This document shows, piece after piece, positions 1 to 11,577 of a DNA stretch of 60,419 bases. The translations under genes were made by a program, and so were the position numbers. How positions within the stretch are numbered: position 1 is the stretch's first letter; each line of letters begins with the position of its first letter. Below the pieces are notes generated by a model. The model saw nothing but the letters and a program-made list of their open reading frames with translations. It ran no database searches and was not told the DNA's origin. The DNA comes from Octopus bimaculoides (lineage: Eukaryota): positions 1,542,711-1,603,129 of the forward strand of contig NC_068984.1 of NCBI RefSeq assembly GCF_001194135.2, read 5' to 3'.

Positions 1-347
1 GAAAACAATACCTATTGTCATAGGTGCCCTGGGAATGACAGCGAAACGGGCTGGTTACTACCTAGCTCAGATACCAGGAAACCCCAAAATGGCTGAAGTT
101 CAAAAGATAGTGCTCATGGGAACTGCCCATATCCTACGTAAAATACTGTATGTGATCTCAAATTTTAAAGCAAACACATAATTTTCTTATGGTTTCTTAA
201 ACATTCACTTGAACAAAACTGTACAAATCCAAATATATGGTACCCTAGGCATAACACCTACATGAACTTCTAACTTGTTGTCTCTTGAGGTCTCTGGGTG
301 AGACTTGGATCCAACTTGTACAAATGCAAAACAAAAGTCAAACATAA

Positions 348-379
<32 letters not shown>

Positions 380-395
380 TATTAATAATAATAAT
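1..395 (+). mobile_element. 3' end of an RLE-type non-LTR retrotransposon (Dong/R4-like): C-terminal ORF remnant (2-181), 3' UTR and (AAT)n tail
   Basis: Frame from nt 2 reads KTIPIVIGALGMTAKRAGYYLAQIPGNPKMAEVQKIVLMGTAHILRKIL..., the PIVIGALG...QK.VL.GTAHILRK C-terminus of R4/Dong proteins. It ends in an (AAT)n run, the known Dong target microsatellite. Confidence 0.8.
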
Positions 396-605
396 GGTTT
401 CAAATTCTGGCACAAGGCCAGCAAGTTTGGGGGAGAGGGTAAGTGGATAACATCCAACCCAGAGATGAACTGGTTCTAATGTTATTGACTGCCAACAGGA
501 ATAAAAGGCAAAGTTGACCTCAGTGAAATGTGAACTCAGAGAGCAAAGATGGACGACGAAATGCCATTAAGCATTTTGCTCAGTGTGCTAATGGACTCTG
601 CCAGC
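396..605 (-). mobile_element. tRNA-derived SINE, family A (head GCTGGCAGAATCGTTAGC..., body GTCGACTTTGCCTTTCATCCTTTC, (ATT)n tail)
   Basis: Reverse complement aligns by eye to the copies at 11578-11808, 31279-31495 and 36348-36565. A second degraded copy follows at ~612-768. Confidence 0.75.
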
Positions 606-771
606 TTTTCTTCAAGGTTTGGAATTTGGGGGAGGGGGGATAGTTGATTACATCAACCGGTACTTATTTCATTGACCCCGAAAGGATGAAAGGCAAATTT
701 GACCTCAGCAGAATTTGAACTCAGAACGTGATGACATACGAAACGCTGCTAACACTTCTGCCAACTCAACA

Positions 772-868
772 CCAAAGGATCTTGGTATTGAGATTCCTCT
801 TGTCAACCTGCAGAAAAAGTATCATCCTGTATTCTGCAAGAACCATAAGAAAGACTCTTGAGATCTGA
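772..868 (+). mobile_element. C-terminal fragment of a second RLE-type (R4/Dong-like) LINE
   Basis: LGIEIPLVNLQK / SIILYSARTIRKTLEI* with one frameshift; same C-terminal motif class as 2-181. Confidence 0.6.
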
Positions 869-1126
869 AGAGACTTGTAGGTACCAAACCCCGGATAACA
901 ATCTTACTCATTAAATTAGCATTTAGTGGCTTAACAATTACAACATCAATAATTAATACTTTGTGAGAATGATTACTATCCGTGTAAATAATTTTTTTCA
1001 GTATAACTTTATTATTTTTTTTGTAAACGAACAATCTGGTGTGTTTATTTGATGGCCGATCAGTGTGAGCAGTGAGTTTCTTTGCCTTAAGAACTGGAAA
1101 CAAAACTGAAGGAAGAAAAACTTATA

Positions 1127-1167
<41 letters not shown>

Positions 1168-2002
1168 AAACGTGATAATAATTTCTTCTCACATAGATAC
1201 AAGGAAGAGTGTAGTCCATTAAATAGACCCCAGTGAAAAACTGGTACCTATTTTGCTAATACTAGAAAAAAGCAATCCAAAGTCAACACCAGAGAGTTGA
1301 ACTTATGATGTAAAGATCTGCAACTAAACATTGTTCTACAACTTTGTCTGCTGCACTAATCCTACTGCCAATACAACCAACAACAACAACAACAAATCCG
1401 ATTTAGTTAACGGCTAACATTTCTATACACACCCTCTAAACTTATTTTTACCTGTAACATATATCATTCATCTACAGACATTATTCTTATCTAACAACAA
1501 CAACAACAACATCAAGTTGCTCTGTTTTTGCACTGAGGCTCGTGTCTGTCACCAAGCACCAGCCCATCTCTACAGAGATTCTACTTTTAACATCAGAATG
1601 GTAAAATAGCAGAAGGAAAGAAACCTTCTCTGAACACCATGAATACACCTCAAGACACAAATTAACATTTTTCATAGTCTGTCTACATCTCTCTCTCTCT
1701 CAATAGTTACCAAGTTTCCAAGAAAAGAAATAAAATTATGAACCATTTCCAAAAAATTCTTCACTGCAGGTTGTAACAGTTATATTGGGCAGGTCACCAA
1801 GACTGCTGACCTTGCGATCACAAACTTCTCACAGAATATTACCAATCAGAAATATAAAATCAATCACAGTTTAACACCAAAAGCAATAGGTCAGTTACAC
1901 ACAGAGAATGAAATGTAAACGCATTTATAAAGGTGGGGTAGGGGCATATGATTAAGCACCTATATGCAACTATCTTCATGTGTGTGTATATATATCATCA
2001 TA

Positions 2003-3183
2003 TATTGGGTTGGCAACTAAGTTCTCACCGTTTTTTTTTAATTTTGGAATTTATTGCGTTTTTAGATTTTGGAATTTCTTTTTTTTTTGAGAATTCTATT
2101 TTTGAATCATTTTGGAATCTATTTTGTTTTTTTTTTCTAGTTAATTTTAGTGAATTTTTGTTTAGTTTCAGATCATTAAAATGGAATGTCAAGAAAAACG
2201 AGCATTTTCGACACCTCCTTCTTTTTGCTTCTAACCAAGGTTCTAAGGCTGCAAAAGCTGCTCGCGACATTTGTGCTGTGTATGGAGAGGGTGCCATAGC
2301 TGAAAGAACTGCTCATGATTGATATACCAAGTTCAAAAATGGAAATTTTAACCTCAAAGACACACCTTGTTCTGGCCGTCCAGTTGAGTTCGATGAACAG
2401 CGATTAAACCAACTTTTACACGAAAATTCTTTTCAAAAGACAAGGGAACTGGCAGAGAAAATGGAATGCTCCCACACTGCTATAGAGAAGCATCTTCACT
2501 CGATGGGAAAGGTTCAGAAGTATGGAGCATGGGTTCCGCATGCTTTAAGTGACAACAACAAAAATCAACGAGCCACAATCTCCGCTGGTTTGCTTGCTCG
2601 TCACCGCTCAACTCATGGACACAAGCAACGATTTCTTTACTGAATTGTTACTGGCGACGGAAAACGGTGCCTGTACATCAATATGAAGCAGCATAAGGAA
2701 CGGCTTAGCCCCGGTAAACAAGCGACACCGCGCATGAAACAAGATCTTCATCGACGTAAAACGATGTTGTGCGTATGGTGGGACTGGGAAGGGATTATCC
2801 ATTACGAATTGCTTGAACGGAATCAAACGGTCAACGCGGAACTCTATGTTCAACAGATGGAACAACTCAACACGGCTATTCAAGAGAAAAGACCTAATGG
2901 GCAGCATGGAGTTCTTCTGCTGCACGACAACGCCTGCCCTCATATCGCCAATATGACCAAGGAAGCCATTCAAACGCATGGCTGCTACCACACCTGCTCT
3001 ACTCTCCTGATTTGGCACCAATGGATTTCCACCTCTTTCGATCTCTTTCAAATGCTATGTGTGGAGTTTCGTTCAATACTGATGCAGAATTGAGAGATTG
3101 GTTGGATCAATTTTTCGAGTCGAAATTGGGTGATTTCTACCAACGAGGTATTGAAAATCTTGTTGTAAACAACAAGGGTGAAT
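2003..3183 (+). mobile_element. Mariner (D,D34D) transposon, mellifera-subfamily-like, disrupted transposase; 3' end lost in the assembly gap
   Basis: TA followed by TIR-like TTGGGTTGGCAACTAAG at 2005 and ATG at 2181. HTH region HFRHLLLF..., WVPHAL motif, IVTGDGK (first D), LLLHDNA (second D), degenerate YSPDLAP.DFHLF. In-frame stops at ~2320 and ~2641 plus frameshifts. Confidence 0.93.
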
Positions 3184-3816
3184 NNNNNNNNNNNNNNNNN
3201 NNNNNNNNNNNNNNNNNNNNNNNNNNNNNNNNNNNNNNNNNNNNNNNNNNNNNNNNNNNNNNNNNNNNNNNNNNNNNNNNNNNNNNNNNNNNNNNNNNNN
3301 NNNNNNNNNNNNNNNNNNNNNNNNNNNNNNNNNNNNNNNNNNNNNNNNNNNNNNNNNNNNNNNNNNNNNNNNNNNNNNNNNNNNNNNNNNNNNNNNNNNN
3401 NNNNNNNNNNNNNNNNNNNNNNNNNNNNNNNNNNNNNNNNNNNNNNNNNNNNNNNNNNNNNNNNNNNNNNNNNNNNNNNNNNNNNNNNNNNNNNNNNNNN
3501 NNNNNNNNNNNNNNNNNNNNNNNNNNNNNNNNNNNNNNNNNNNNNNNNNNNNNNNNNNNNNNNNNNNNNNNNNNNNNNNNNNNNNNNNNNNNNNNNNNNN
3601 NNNNNNNNNNNNNNNNNNNNNNNNNNNNNNNNNNNNNNNNNNNNNNNNNNNNNNNNNNNNNNNNNNNNNNNNNNNNNNNNNNNNNNNNNNNNNNNNNNNN
3701 NNNNNNNNNNNNNNNNNNNNNNNNNNNNNNNNNNNNNNNNNNNNNNNNNNNNNNNNNNNNNNNGTGGTGTAAATAACAAAAGTATATATTAGTATGACGC
3801 TCGGGAATACGGACAG

Positions 3817-3853
3817 TCTTTGACGTTTCGAGCTACGCTCTTCAACAGAAAGA
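3817..3853 (-). ncRNA. Minimal type-I hammerhead-ribozyme-like motif (family HH-B), variant core CUG(U)UGA
   Basis: Minus strand reads UCUUU CUGUUGA A GAGC GUA GCUC GAAAC GUC AAAGA: stem I UCUUU/AAAGA, stem II GAGC/GCUC, palindromic ACGU stem III, GUC cleavage triplet. Embedded in a repeat also seen at 54335-54480. Confidence 0.6.
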
Positions 3854-4279
3854 ATACGGAGACAAGGAGAAAAACAGGGAGAAAAAAAATTATATATATA
3901 TATGTATGTATGTGTATATGTTTATGTGTCTGTCCCTGCAACATTGCTTGACAACATGCTGGTGCGTTTACGTCGCCATAACTTAGCAGTTCAGCAAATG
4001 GTTAACTATTAACCAGGAGCAATCACACTTTCTCAATTTGCATGGGTTGAACAGAGTTTAATGAGGTAGATTTTCTGTACCTTTCCTGTCACCAACCCTC
4101 ACCAGCTTCCAAGTAAGGAAATTTTTACCTCAAGGCCAGACATGTTTTCATGGAAGATTGGAAATAAAAGATGCTGCTTGTGTGATGGTGACAATCATTT
4201 ACAACTATCACATGATGGTAACACAAAGAGATAGAAACACATGCAGACTCACACATACACAAATATATACAGATATAAG

Positions 4280-4460
4280 CTTAGCTTGGTTGTGTGGTAA
4301 AGAAGCTTGATTCCTAACCGCATGGTCTAGGGTTCAATCCCACAGAATGGCACCTTGAGCCAATATCTTCTATTACAGCTCTGGGTTGACAAAATCCTTG
4401 AGAGGATTTAGATATACAGAAACAGAAAGGAGCCCATTGTGTGTGTGTGTGTGTGTATGT
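4280..4460 (+). mobile_element. tRNA-derived CORE-like SINE, family B (degraded)
   Basis: GGTTGTGTGGTAAAGAAGCTT...GGGTTCAATCCCAC...GGCACCTTGAGC...GAAACAGAAAGGAGCCC; matches the fuller copies at 11231 and 18702. Confidence 0.7.
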
Positions 4461-4869
4461 TTACCTTTGTCTCAAAATCATGTGACAACTGTCAAGGAGC
4501 ATCTCTGTTATGAAGAGAGACTCCCTTGCTTGGAAATAAAGGGAAGGTTGTTAACAGGAAAGACATCTGGCTGTAAAAAATCTGCCTCAACAAATTCCGC
4601 CTGACCCTTACAAGCATGAAAAAGTGGATGTCAAATGAGGGTGATAAAGATTCAACATTATCTATATATATATGAAATGATGTTTTGCAAACAACTCGCA
4701 CATGCAAGTGCTACCAGTCGAGGACTTCACATATCAGAAACCAGCAAGTGTATGGAGTCATCAGGAGAGAATGCGCACTGTTTCAGAGTCTACCTCTCAA
4801 CAGCATCATCGCATACCAGCCCCCCTCACTGAAATGAGGCCCCGCTTGGTAGATCAACTGGTTATCAGA

Positions 4870-5185
4870 TATAGCTCAATATTCTTCTAGCCATCGCTCA
4901 TCGTCTCTTTTTAACCAAATCCAGTGGCTGGCCTTTTCTACTGTAGTTTGGATATCACACATGGTGGTATTTGTTTTACGATGAGTTAGGCCTAATGATA
5001 ACACTGTGTCCAATGAATCCTCTATGTCCGACTTCAATTGGAAAATGCTCTGCTTTGCAACCTGTGTCTTCATATTCCTCAAGGAGGTTTACATAACGGA
5101 CAAGCTTTCAAGCCCGAGCAGCAAACCATGTTATCTTCACGAGGAACCATTAACTCAACAAGATTTACCACTTATTTCAGTTTTC
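4870..5185 (-). mobile_element. RLE domain / C-terminus of a HERO-like non-LTR retrotransposon, frameshifted
   Basis: Minus-strand frames give KVVNLVELMVPREDNM, KLVRYVNLLEEYEDTGCKAEHFPIEVGHRGFIGHSV and VEKASHWIWLKRDD. These match the IELTVPWE / P.EVG.RGF / AEKAS.W.W.KR signature of HERO-clade elements. Confidence 0.75.
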
Positions 5186-6319
5186 TTTACTAAATCCATG
5201 AATAAAGTTTTAATCAAGCTAAGACTACTGAAGAAAAACTTCCCTCAGGGTACCATGCAGAGGAATTGAACCTAAAACCATGTGGTTGGGAAGCAAGTTT
5301 CTTAACCATACTGTCACTCTGATGTATTCTATTTTCAACATTCTACACTAATTTCCATAAATCTATTATTTTATTCCTCCTCCTCACTGATATCTTTTTT
5401 AATGTTGAATCTGTAGGGTTTAGAACACTAGGGGCATAACTTTATATTTGTGAAGTTCTTTGCCATTTCTCAGTGTGTGTGTGCACACATGCAAATGAAT
5501 CTAAATATTTGCAGTCCATTTGTTAAACTAGAATCCAGGTCACTAATGCATTAATACTTTAAAGAAACTAATTAATCAAGCATAATTAATGTGTGTCCAT
5601 GTGTGTTACATTTTAAAGATATCAAATATAACTTGATATGGTTAAAAAAAGTCATTGTTTCTAAACTGGCCACTAACGATAATTTGTATAATTATTGCTG
5701 CCAGTCACAAGTGAAAATATGGAAAGACTATTTCAAATATGCTTCATAACTCACAGCTAAATAGCAAATACTAATTAGCGTAATTAATATTAACAATTCC
5801 AGTTGCGTTTTTCATTTCATTCATATAATCTTTCATTAATACTGAAATTTTTGAGCCACGTACACTAAACCAAAAAAATGTTTCATATTTGCAAAACAAA
5901 TAATGATAATGAATAATAATAATGACAAAAATTATTAGGCTTTCTTTATTAACTTCATGATTNNNNNNNNNNNNNNNNNNNNNNNNNNNNNNNNNNNNNN
6001 NNNNNNNNNNNNNNNNNNNNNNNNNNNNNNNNNNNNNNNNNNNNNNNNNNNNNNNNNNNNNNNNNNNNNNNNNNNNNNNNNNNNNNNNNNNNNNNNNNNN
6101 NNNNNNNNNNNNNNNNNNNNNNNNNNNNNNNNNNNNNNNNNNNNNNNNNNNNNNNNNNNNNNNNNNNNNNNNNNNNNNNNNNNNNNNNNNNNNNNNNNNN
6201 NNNNNNNNNNNNNNNNNNNNNNNNNNNNNNNNNNNNNNNNNNNNNNNNNNNNNNNNNNNNNNNNNNNNNNNCGTTAAACGATGATGATGATGATGATGAT
6301 GATCAATCTAGGCAATGGC

Positions 6320-6640
6320 TTTCCCAAGGTGTCAAGTTAAGCTGTAGAGATTCTAGGGATTGCTTCAACTTATCCTCATACCTAATGAAGGAGGTCTTCC
6401 TTTACTGTGATATCCCCCCCCCCTTGTTGGCCATACAAAAGCATTTTTGGAATGCAGTTGTCCTTCATTCAATCAACATGTCCGACCCATTTGCACTGAA
6501 TTCTCTGCGGCATCTTTTGGATATTGGAGATAACACATTTTCCTAAGATTTTGACATTTGATGTCTTATCGTGCCATTTTTTGTTGCAGATATTGCACAG
6601 ACAGCATGTGTGAAAGGTTTCAATTTTCTTCATATGTCTG
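6320..6640 (-). mobile_element. Degraded RTE-like LINE fragment (post-RT region)
   Basis: Minus translation RIQCKWVGHVD*MKDNCIPKMLLYGQ resembles the LRW.GHV.RM.D.R.PK.LLYG motif. Confidence 0.55.
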
Positions 6641-7089
6641 CCTCAACAAATTCCATCTGACCCATGCAAGCATGGAAAAGTGGATGCTAAATGATAATGA
6701 TTGGCAGGATAATGACATTGTCTATTAAACTGAACAATGTTTTTACAGTTCGTCTGTCATCTTTAGATTCAAAATGAAAATCAGAAAATGGTGCAGCCTT
6801 CTGGCTCGCCAGTCCTCAGTCAAACTGTCCAACCCATGCCAGCATGGAAAGAGGACGTTAAACGATGATGATGATGATGATGATCTCAGTAAAGTTATCT
6901 GAAATACAAATTAAAAGTTGCTTTTTCTGAAAAATTTGATAAAATCAAAGCAACTGAAAAATTATATTGGACCTGATGCCCAAACAAAGTAAACTAAAGC
7001 TTTTTTTTAACCTTAGTGGAAAAACATTTATCACAAAAATTTTGTTTCTTATGAAAGTGGGTTTGTCTGATAAAGACCAAGTTCTCTGT

Positions 7090-7320
7090 TAGCCCATTTT
7101 GTAACCCCACTGTATCCCATGGGTAGCCATAGTTTACATTGGGTACACCATTAGGAATTTTAACCTATTTTTGTTCTGCATATCAAGAATGGCCATGTTC
7201 CTGATGGTAGCAGGATTCTACCAATGAAGATTTTAGTCTTTGTTGAGTTTAATTTTGAGGCTGCAGATCCATCAACGATTGTTGCAAAGATTCTCAAAAG
7301 ATTCTCTGGGAAGGTAGGAT
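7090..7320 (-). mobile_element. Degraded RTE LINE fragment (Cys-rich insertion after RT)
   Basis: ICRTKIG.NS.WCTQCKLW resembles the C..C....G.NS..C..C motif; related to CLICRNSIG in the RTE copy at ~51190. Confidence 0.5.
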
Positions 7321-7543
7321 ACACAATGACCCCCAGGGTAGTAAATCAAATCCTGTAGGAAGATGTCATACCCAATGACCGGTGTCGCAATCATCATCAT
7401 CATCATCATCATCATCGTTTAACGTCCGCTTTCCATGCTAGCGGACGTTAAACGATGATGATGATGATGATGATTGCGACACCGGTCATTGGGTATGACA
7501 TCTTCCTACAGGATTTGATTTACTACCCTGGGGGTCATTGTGT
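7321..7543. repeat. Fold-back inverted duplication: arms 7321-7430 and 7440-7543, 9-nt spacer
   Basis: Arms are exact reverse complements except for two (ATC) units; the turn is inside an RTE-tail at ...CCGCT TTCCATGCT AGCGG... Confidence 0.95.
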
Positions 7544-8064
7544 CATTGTAAATTGCTAAAAGGGCAACTACAGCAGAATCAAACCACCAGGTTAGGTTAT
7601 ATGGGTGGTAGAGGGAGCCACAGTCTAAATGATTTGTGACAGAAGACGCCAAGATGAGATGAGAAGCAAGAAACAATGATTTCAATGATGATTTTAGTTA
7701 AGAGTCAGTTGTCAGTCCGCCTCCTGTCGATCTAACAGACCATCAAGAGAGACGTTGGAGACTGGATGGTCCATGGGAACTCCTATTTGCCGATGATCTA
7801 GTCTGCCTAGACAGACACACAAACACAGGAACACTTCACCTGGGTACTAATTGACTAGAGATCAAGCAGACATAGTTAAAAACAATATTTTTTTTTAATT
7901 GATAATTTATGGCAGCAGTGAAAGAGATATTCACACACATGTATAAACACACACATAGAACAAAGACATAGGCTAATGCTCACCAACACACATACATACA
8001 CAAACACAAGGCTAACTTTAAAAATGAAAATGAAAATGAAAATGATGTTTCCTCTCTTACACAC

Positions 8065-8228
8065 TCAGACAAAAGGTTTCTTTTCAGTTTCCGTCTATCA
8101 AATCCATTTACAAGGCTTTGATTGGCTCAGGACTATAACAGAAGATATTTGCCCAATATGCTGTGCAGTGGAACTGAACCCAAAGCCATGTGTTTGGGAA
8201 ACAAGCTTCTTAACCACACAGTCATGTT
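8065..8228 (-). mobile_element. SINE family B
   Basis: TTTCTTTTCAGTTTCCGTCTATCAAATCC...GGAACTGAACCC...AAGCTTCTTAACCACACAG is the reverse complement of the family B head and core. Confidence 0.75.
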
Positions 8229-8516
8229 TGTATTAATTAAAAAAAAAACTTATATCGATTAATGAACACCAGATTATAGGTTCCATGGTGGTGGGGTGGG
8301 GGTGGAAAGTTCCAAAGGGGCATCGAAGAAAAATGGGGTGATAATGGGGTAACGATTCGTGTAAAAACAAAATAATGGGTTTACTAGGTTAATTTTTATT
8401 TGTGAAATACAGTTGCTTTGAATTTGCTTCAGAAATGGGTCTATGTTTGTGATTGTCAGTTGGGGTGGGGACGTCAGGAGTGCGGCCTGGGTGTGAAGGG
8501 GGTGGCAGCCTGAAAA

Positions 8517-8532
8517 AGTTTGAGAACTACTG
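8517..8532. mobile_element. Isolated hAT (Charlie-like) terminal inverted repeat
   Basis: AGTTTGAGAACTACTG is the reverse complement of CAGTAGTTCTCAAACT, close to the CAGTGGTTCTCAAACT hAT-Charlie TIR; partner TIR not found. Confidence 0.4.
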
Positions 8533-9339
8533 ATCTAAGGGTGGGGGCCTATCCAAGGGTAGAGTCCATCCCACTCGCTTCTTTGTTCAAAATACTTTTC
8601 AATTTTATAGGGTTCTGGCTGTTTACATTATGTAGATATGTGTTAAGGTAAATATATCTTTAAGTAATGACTGCTCTATCTAAAATATCATCATTTAATA
8701 AAGCAATTAATTTAATAAACAAGACATAAATGTCATCATCATCATCATCGTTTAACGTCTGTTTTCCATCCTGGCATGGGTTGGACAGTAAATGTATAAA
8801 GAAATTAACTTTCAAAAAGTAAGACTGTGATTACAACTATTCAATCGCCCTGACTATTTATTCCATAGGAAGCTGTGTGGGGTGGGGAATGTACTAAAGA
8901 GCTCCCTTGGGACAGACCATTCTGTCTCCAATTTGGAGTTGCAGACCTAAAGCTATCATTATATTAGCATTCATATAAAATAAAATCTGGCACTGTGCCA
9001 TTAATCTTGGGAAAATAAAAATACAAACTAATGCTGGGAAAATAGCCAATATTTTCTGTAGAGTACATACTTATTGACCATAGTGGGTGGTAAGTAGATT
9101 AGTAGAGAATAATTATAAATACAAACACATTTCCTGACTAACGAATTTTAGATGAAGAATTAATGTTTAATACTGGGTGATAGGCAGAGGCATAGTTATG
9201 AGGTTAAGAAGTTTGTTAGCCAATCACAAGGTTCCAGGTTCAGTCCCACTACGTGACACCCTGTCTTCTGCTATAGCCTTCGACCAACCAAAGCCTTGAG
9301 AGTGGATTTGGTAGATGAAAACTGAAAGAAGCTTGTCAT

Positions 9340-9720
9340 ATCATCATCATCATCATTTAGCACCCACTTTCTATGCTGGCATGGTTCAGACGGTTTGACT
9401 GGAACTGGTACGCTGGAGAACTGCATCAGGTTCCAGTCTGATTTTGGTTTGGTTTCTACAGCTGGATGCCAACCACTCCGAGAGTGTAGTGGGTACCTTT
9501 TATGTGTCACCAGCACCGGCCACAAATATGATTTCCCTTGGCATGGTGAGTCTTCTCAAGCACAGCAAACTGTCAAAGGTCATGATCACTTGTAATTGCC
9601 CCTGTAAGACCCAACATTTGAAGATCTCAGGATGTTGGGCCCCATGGAGGAAATGACAGTGGACTGAGATGTCTGGCGATATGAAGTTCTAGAGAAGACC
9701 TGCCCACGTCAGCGAAACTG
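9340..9720 (-). mobile_element. RTE LINE 3' end with (GAT)n tail
   Basis: (CAT)n followed by TTTAGCACCCACTTTCTATGCTGGCATGG...CTACAGCTGGATGCC...CACTCCGAGAGTGTAGTGGG; same family as 14915, 19172, 22135, 52157 and 60180. Confidence 0.75.
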
Positions 9721-10001
9721 AGTTCTAGAAATGCTGTGTGTCCCACCCACACTTAGCAAGAAAACTTCTCACACACTCTACCACAACAAACCTAACTACA
9801 TCTCTTCTCTTCCTCACATTTCCGCTTCATGTACTATGCTTACCTCCCACTCCCCAATCCTGTCCTCTTGGCCCTGTCTCACTGTATTACTGCTATCTGC
9901 TAGCCCCCAACCTGTATGTTCCACCCACACAAGAAAACTTTTCACTTTGGGTAGCAATGTATTTCCTTTGCAGCAGCACACCAGTTTCTGTCTTCATTCC
10001 T

Positions 10002-10036
<35 letters not shown>

Positions 10037-10139
10037 CCAGGTAACCTTGTACTTCCTCTACAGCAAGACACCTGTTTCTCTCTCTCTGTCTCACTAGAAC
10101 CTTTCATCATCTGACACGATTTCTTCTTTTTGTGTCTTG

Positions 10140-10462
10140 CAAGTACTCGGTGACGCTGTCAGTGCAGGTGCCACTTAAAAGCATCCAGTCCACACTGTCA
10201 AGTGGTTGGCATTTGGAAGGGCATCCAGCTGTAAAAACCTTTGCTCAAACTGACCTCACCTGTGCTTGTACCACATAAAAAACACTAAGTCCACTCTGCT
10301 GGGTGGTTGGTGTTAGGAAGGGCATCCAGCTGTAAAAATCCAGCCAAAACAGTCACAAAAGTCTGGTGTAAGCTTCTGCCTGGCCGGCTCTTGTGAAACT
10401 GTCCCACCCATGCTAGCATGGAAGGCGGATGTTAAACAATAATGATGATGATGATGATGATG
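10140..10462 (+). mobile_element. RTE 3' UTR/tail with (GAT)n
   Basis: Two copies of GGAAGGGCATCCAGCTGTAAAA, then CCCATGCTAGCATGGAAGGCGGATGTTAAAC(AAT/GAT)n. Confidence 0.75.
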
Positions 10463-10581
10463 AACACTTTAGCTGTACATGTGTTATACAAGGAAGAAAA
10501 TATGGAATGATGATGACTGGAATGTCTTTGATCTTTGATCTGTTGGATCAGGGCTGACCTGAAGCCAATAACAACCACACA

Positions 10582-10754
10582 TTAATCCTTTTGGTACCAA
10601 CCCACCTGAGACCACTCCAACTGAGACTGACCCTGTTTCTGCAATAAAATTTAACTGTTTTAAAGTGATTTGAATTCCATGTTAATTTATGTTCCAAACT
10701 CCAGTTTAATAATGATGAAATTATTTCAACAGAAATACGGTAACGAAGGGTTAA
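10582..10754. mobile_element. piggyBac-like MITE (TTAA-CCCTT...AAGGG-TTAA)
   Basis: Ends TTAATCCTTTTGGTACC and GGTAACGAAGGGTTAA are imperfect inverted repeats bounded by TTAA. Similar ends at ~15805-16009 and ~43691-43900. Confidence 0.5.
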
Positions 10755-10803
10755 AAGAACGTCCAAGAGTAATAAAGAGAAAAGAAAGAAAGGCTCAACT
10801 TAC

Positions 10804-11033
10804 TCTTTGGACAGTTCAGTTGGTGGAGTTCTACATAATATGGAATATTTTCCATGTTCATGAGTAAGAATATGGTTCCGACTGAACTTGACTTGTTCCC
10901 GTCTCTCTAAATCCCGTTGGGTACTTTCACTATTAACAATGATATGCGATGAATCTTCTCGAAAACTAATTTTGGCACTTGACACGACAGGGAATCTGGA
11001 ATACTCTCTGTATATGGAGATGGCTTCCTCTAC
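10804..11033 (-). CDS. APEH: Acylamino-acid-releasing enzyme (acylpeptide hydrolase, peptidase S9C), internal N-terminal coding exon (230 nt, phase 0 to phase 2)
   Basis: VEEAISIYREYSRFPVVSSAKI...VNSESTQRDLERREQVKFSRNHILTHEH...TELSKE resembles the vertebrate APEH N-terminus (EEAAALYRGLSRQP...EWTQRDLERMENIRF...ETRGE, recalled from memory). Strong acceptor TATTTCTTTTCAG| at 11034 and donor GA|GTAAGT at 10803. Confidence 0.88.
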
Positions 11034-11230
11034 CTGAAAAGAAATATTTGAATAAAGGTTCAAAGACGATTTAAAACAATTTGGAAACACACCAAATTAT
11101 TTGGCAATACAACAACTTGATTTGAAAAACAAAAGCTGAAAGAAAACACAATTTGGTTGGCGCCATCACCACATACACATACTTATATCCTAGACAGACC
11201 TACAAACAAACATACAGGGTAATTCAGAAG

Positions 11231-11407
11231 TATGTGGCTGTGTGGCAAGAAGCTTGCTTCCTAACCACATGGTTCCATGGTTCAGTCCCACTGCATGGCA
11301 CCTTGGGCAAGTGTCTTTTACTATAGCCTCAGCCGACCAAAACCTTGTGAGCGGACTTGGCAAAGAGAAACTGAAAGAAGCTTGTTGTGTAAATATATCT
11401 ATATATA

Positions 11408-11443
<36 letters not shown>

Positions 11444-11545
11444 GGTTTGTGTTTGTCCCACACCACCACTTCACAACTGGTATTGATGTGTTATGACCCC
11501 ATAACTTAGCAGTTCAGCAAAAGAAAGCAATCAAACAAGAACTAG
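11231..11545 (+). mobile_element. SINE family B, near full length
   Basis: GTGGCTGTGTGGCAAGAAGCTTGCTTCCTAACCACATGGTTCC..GGTTCAGTCCCACTGCATGGCACCTTGGGCAAGTGTC (tRNA-like A/B boxes, CORE-like ACCTTGGGCAAG), internal (GT)n, tail with AACTTAGCAGTTCAGCAAAAG. Confidence 0.85.
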
Positions 11546-11577
11546 GGATAAAAAAGAATATATATATAAATATATAT

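Noticed and set aside
1760-1850. GCNSYIGQ, reminiscent of a Penelope GIY-YIG endonuclease motif
   Set aside because: Too short and degenerate; the flanking conserved residues could not be recovered.
3184-3762. Long ORFs in the supplied track that span N runs or (AT)n/(GT)n/(ATT)n tracts
   Set aside because: Artefacts of gaps and simple repeats lacking stop codons.
8611-8647. 37-nt plus-strand segment with acceptor and donor (GFWLFTLCRYVL); similar case at 26956-27010
   Set aside because: No partner exons or recognisable protein; such signals are common in AT-rich DNA.
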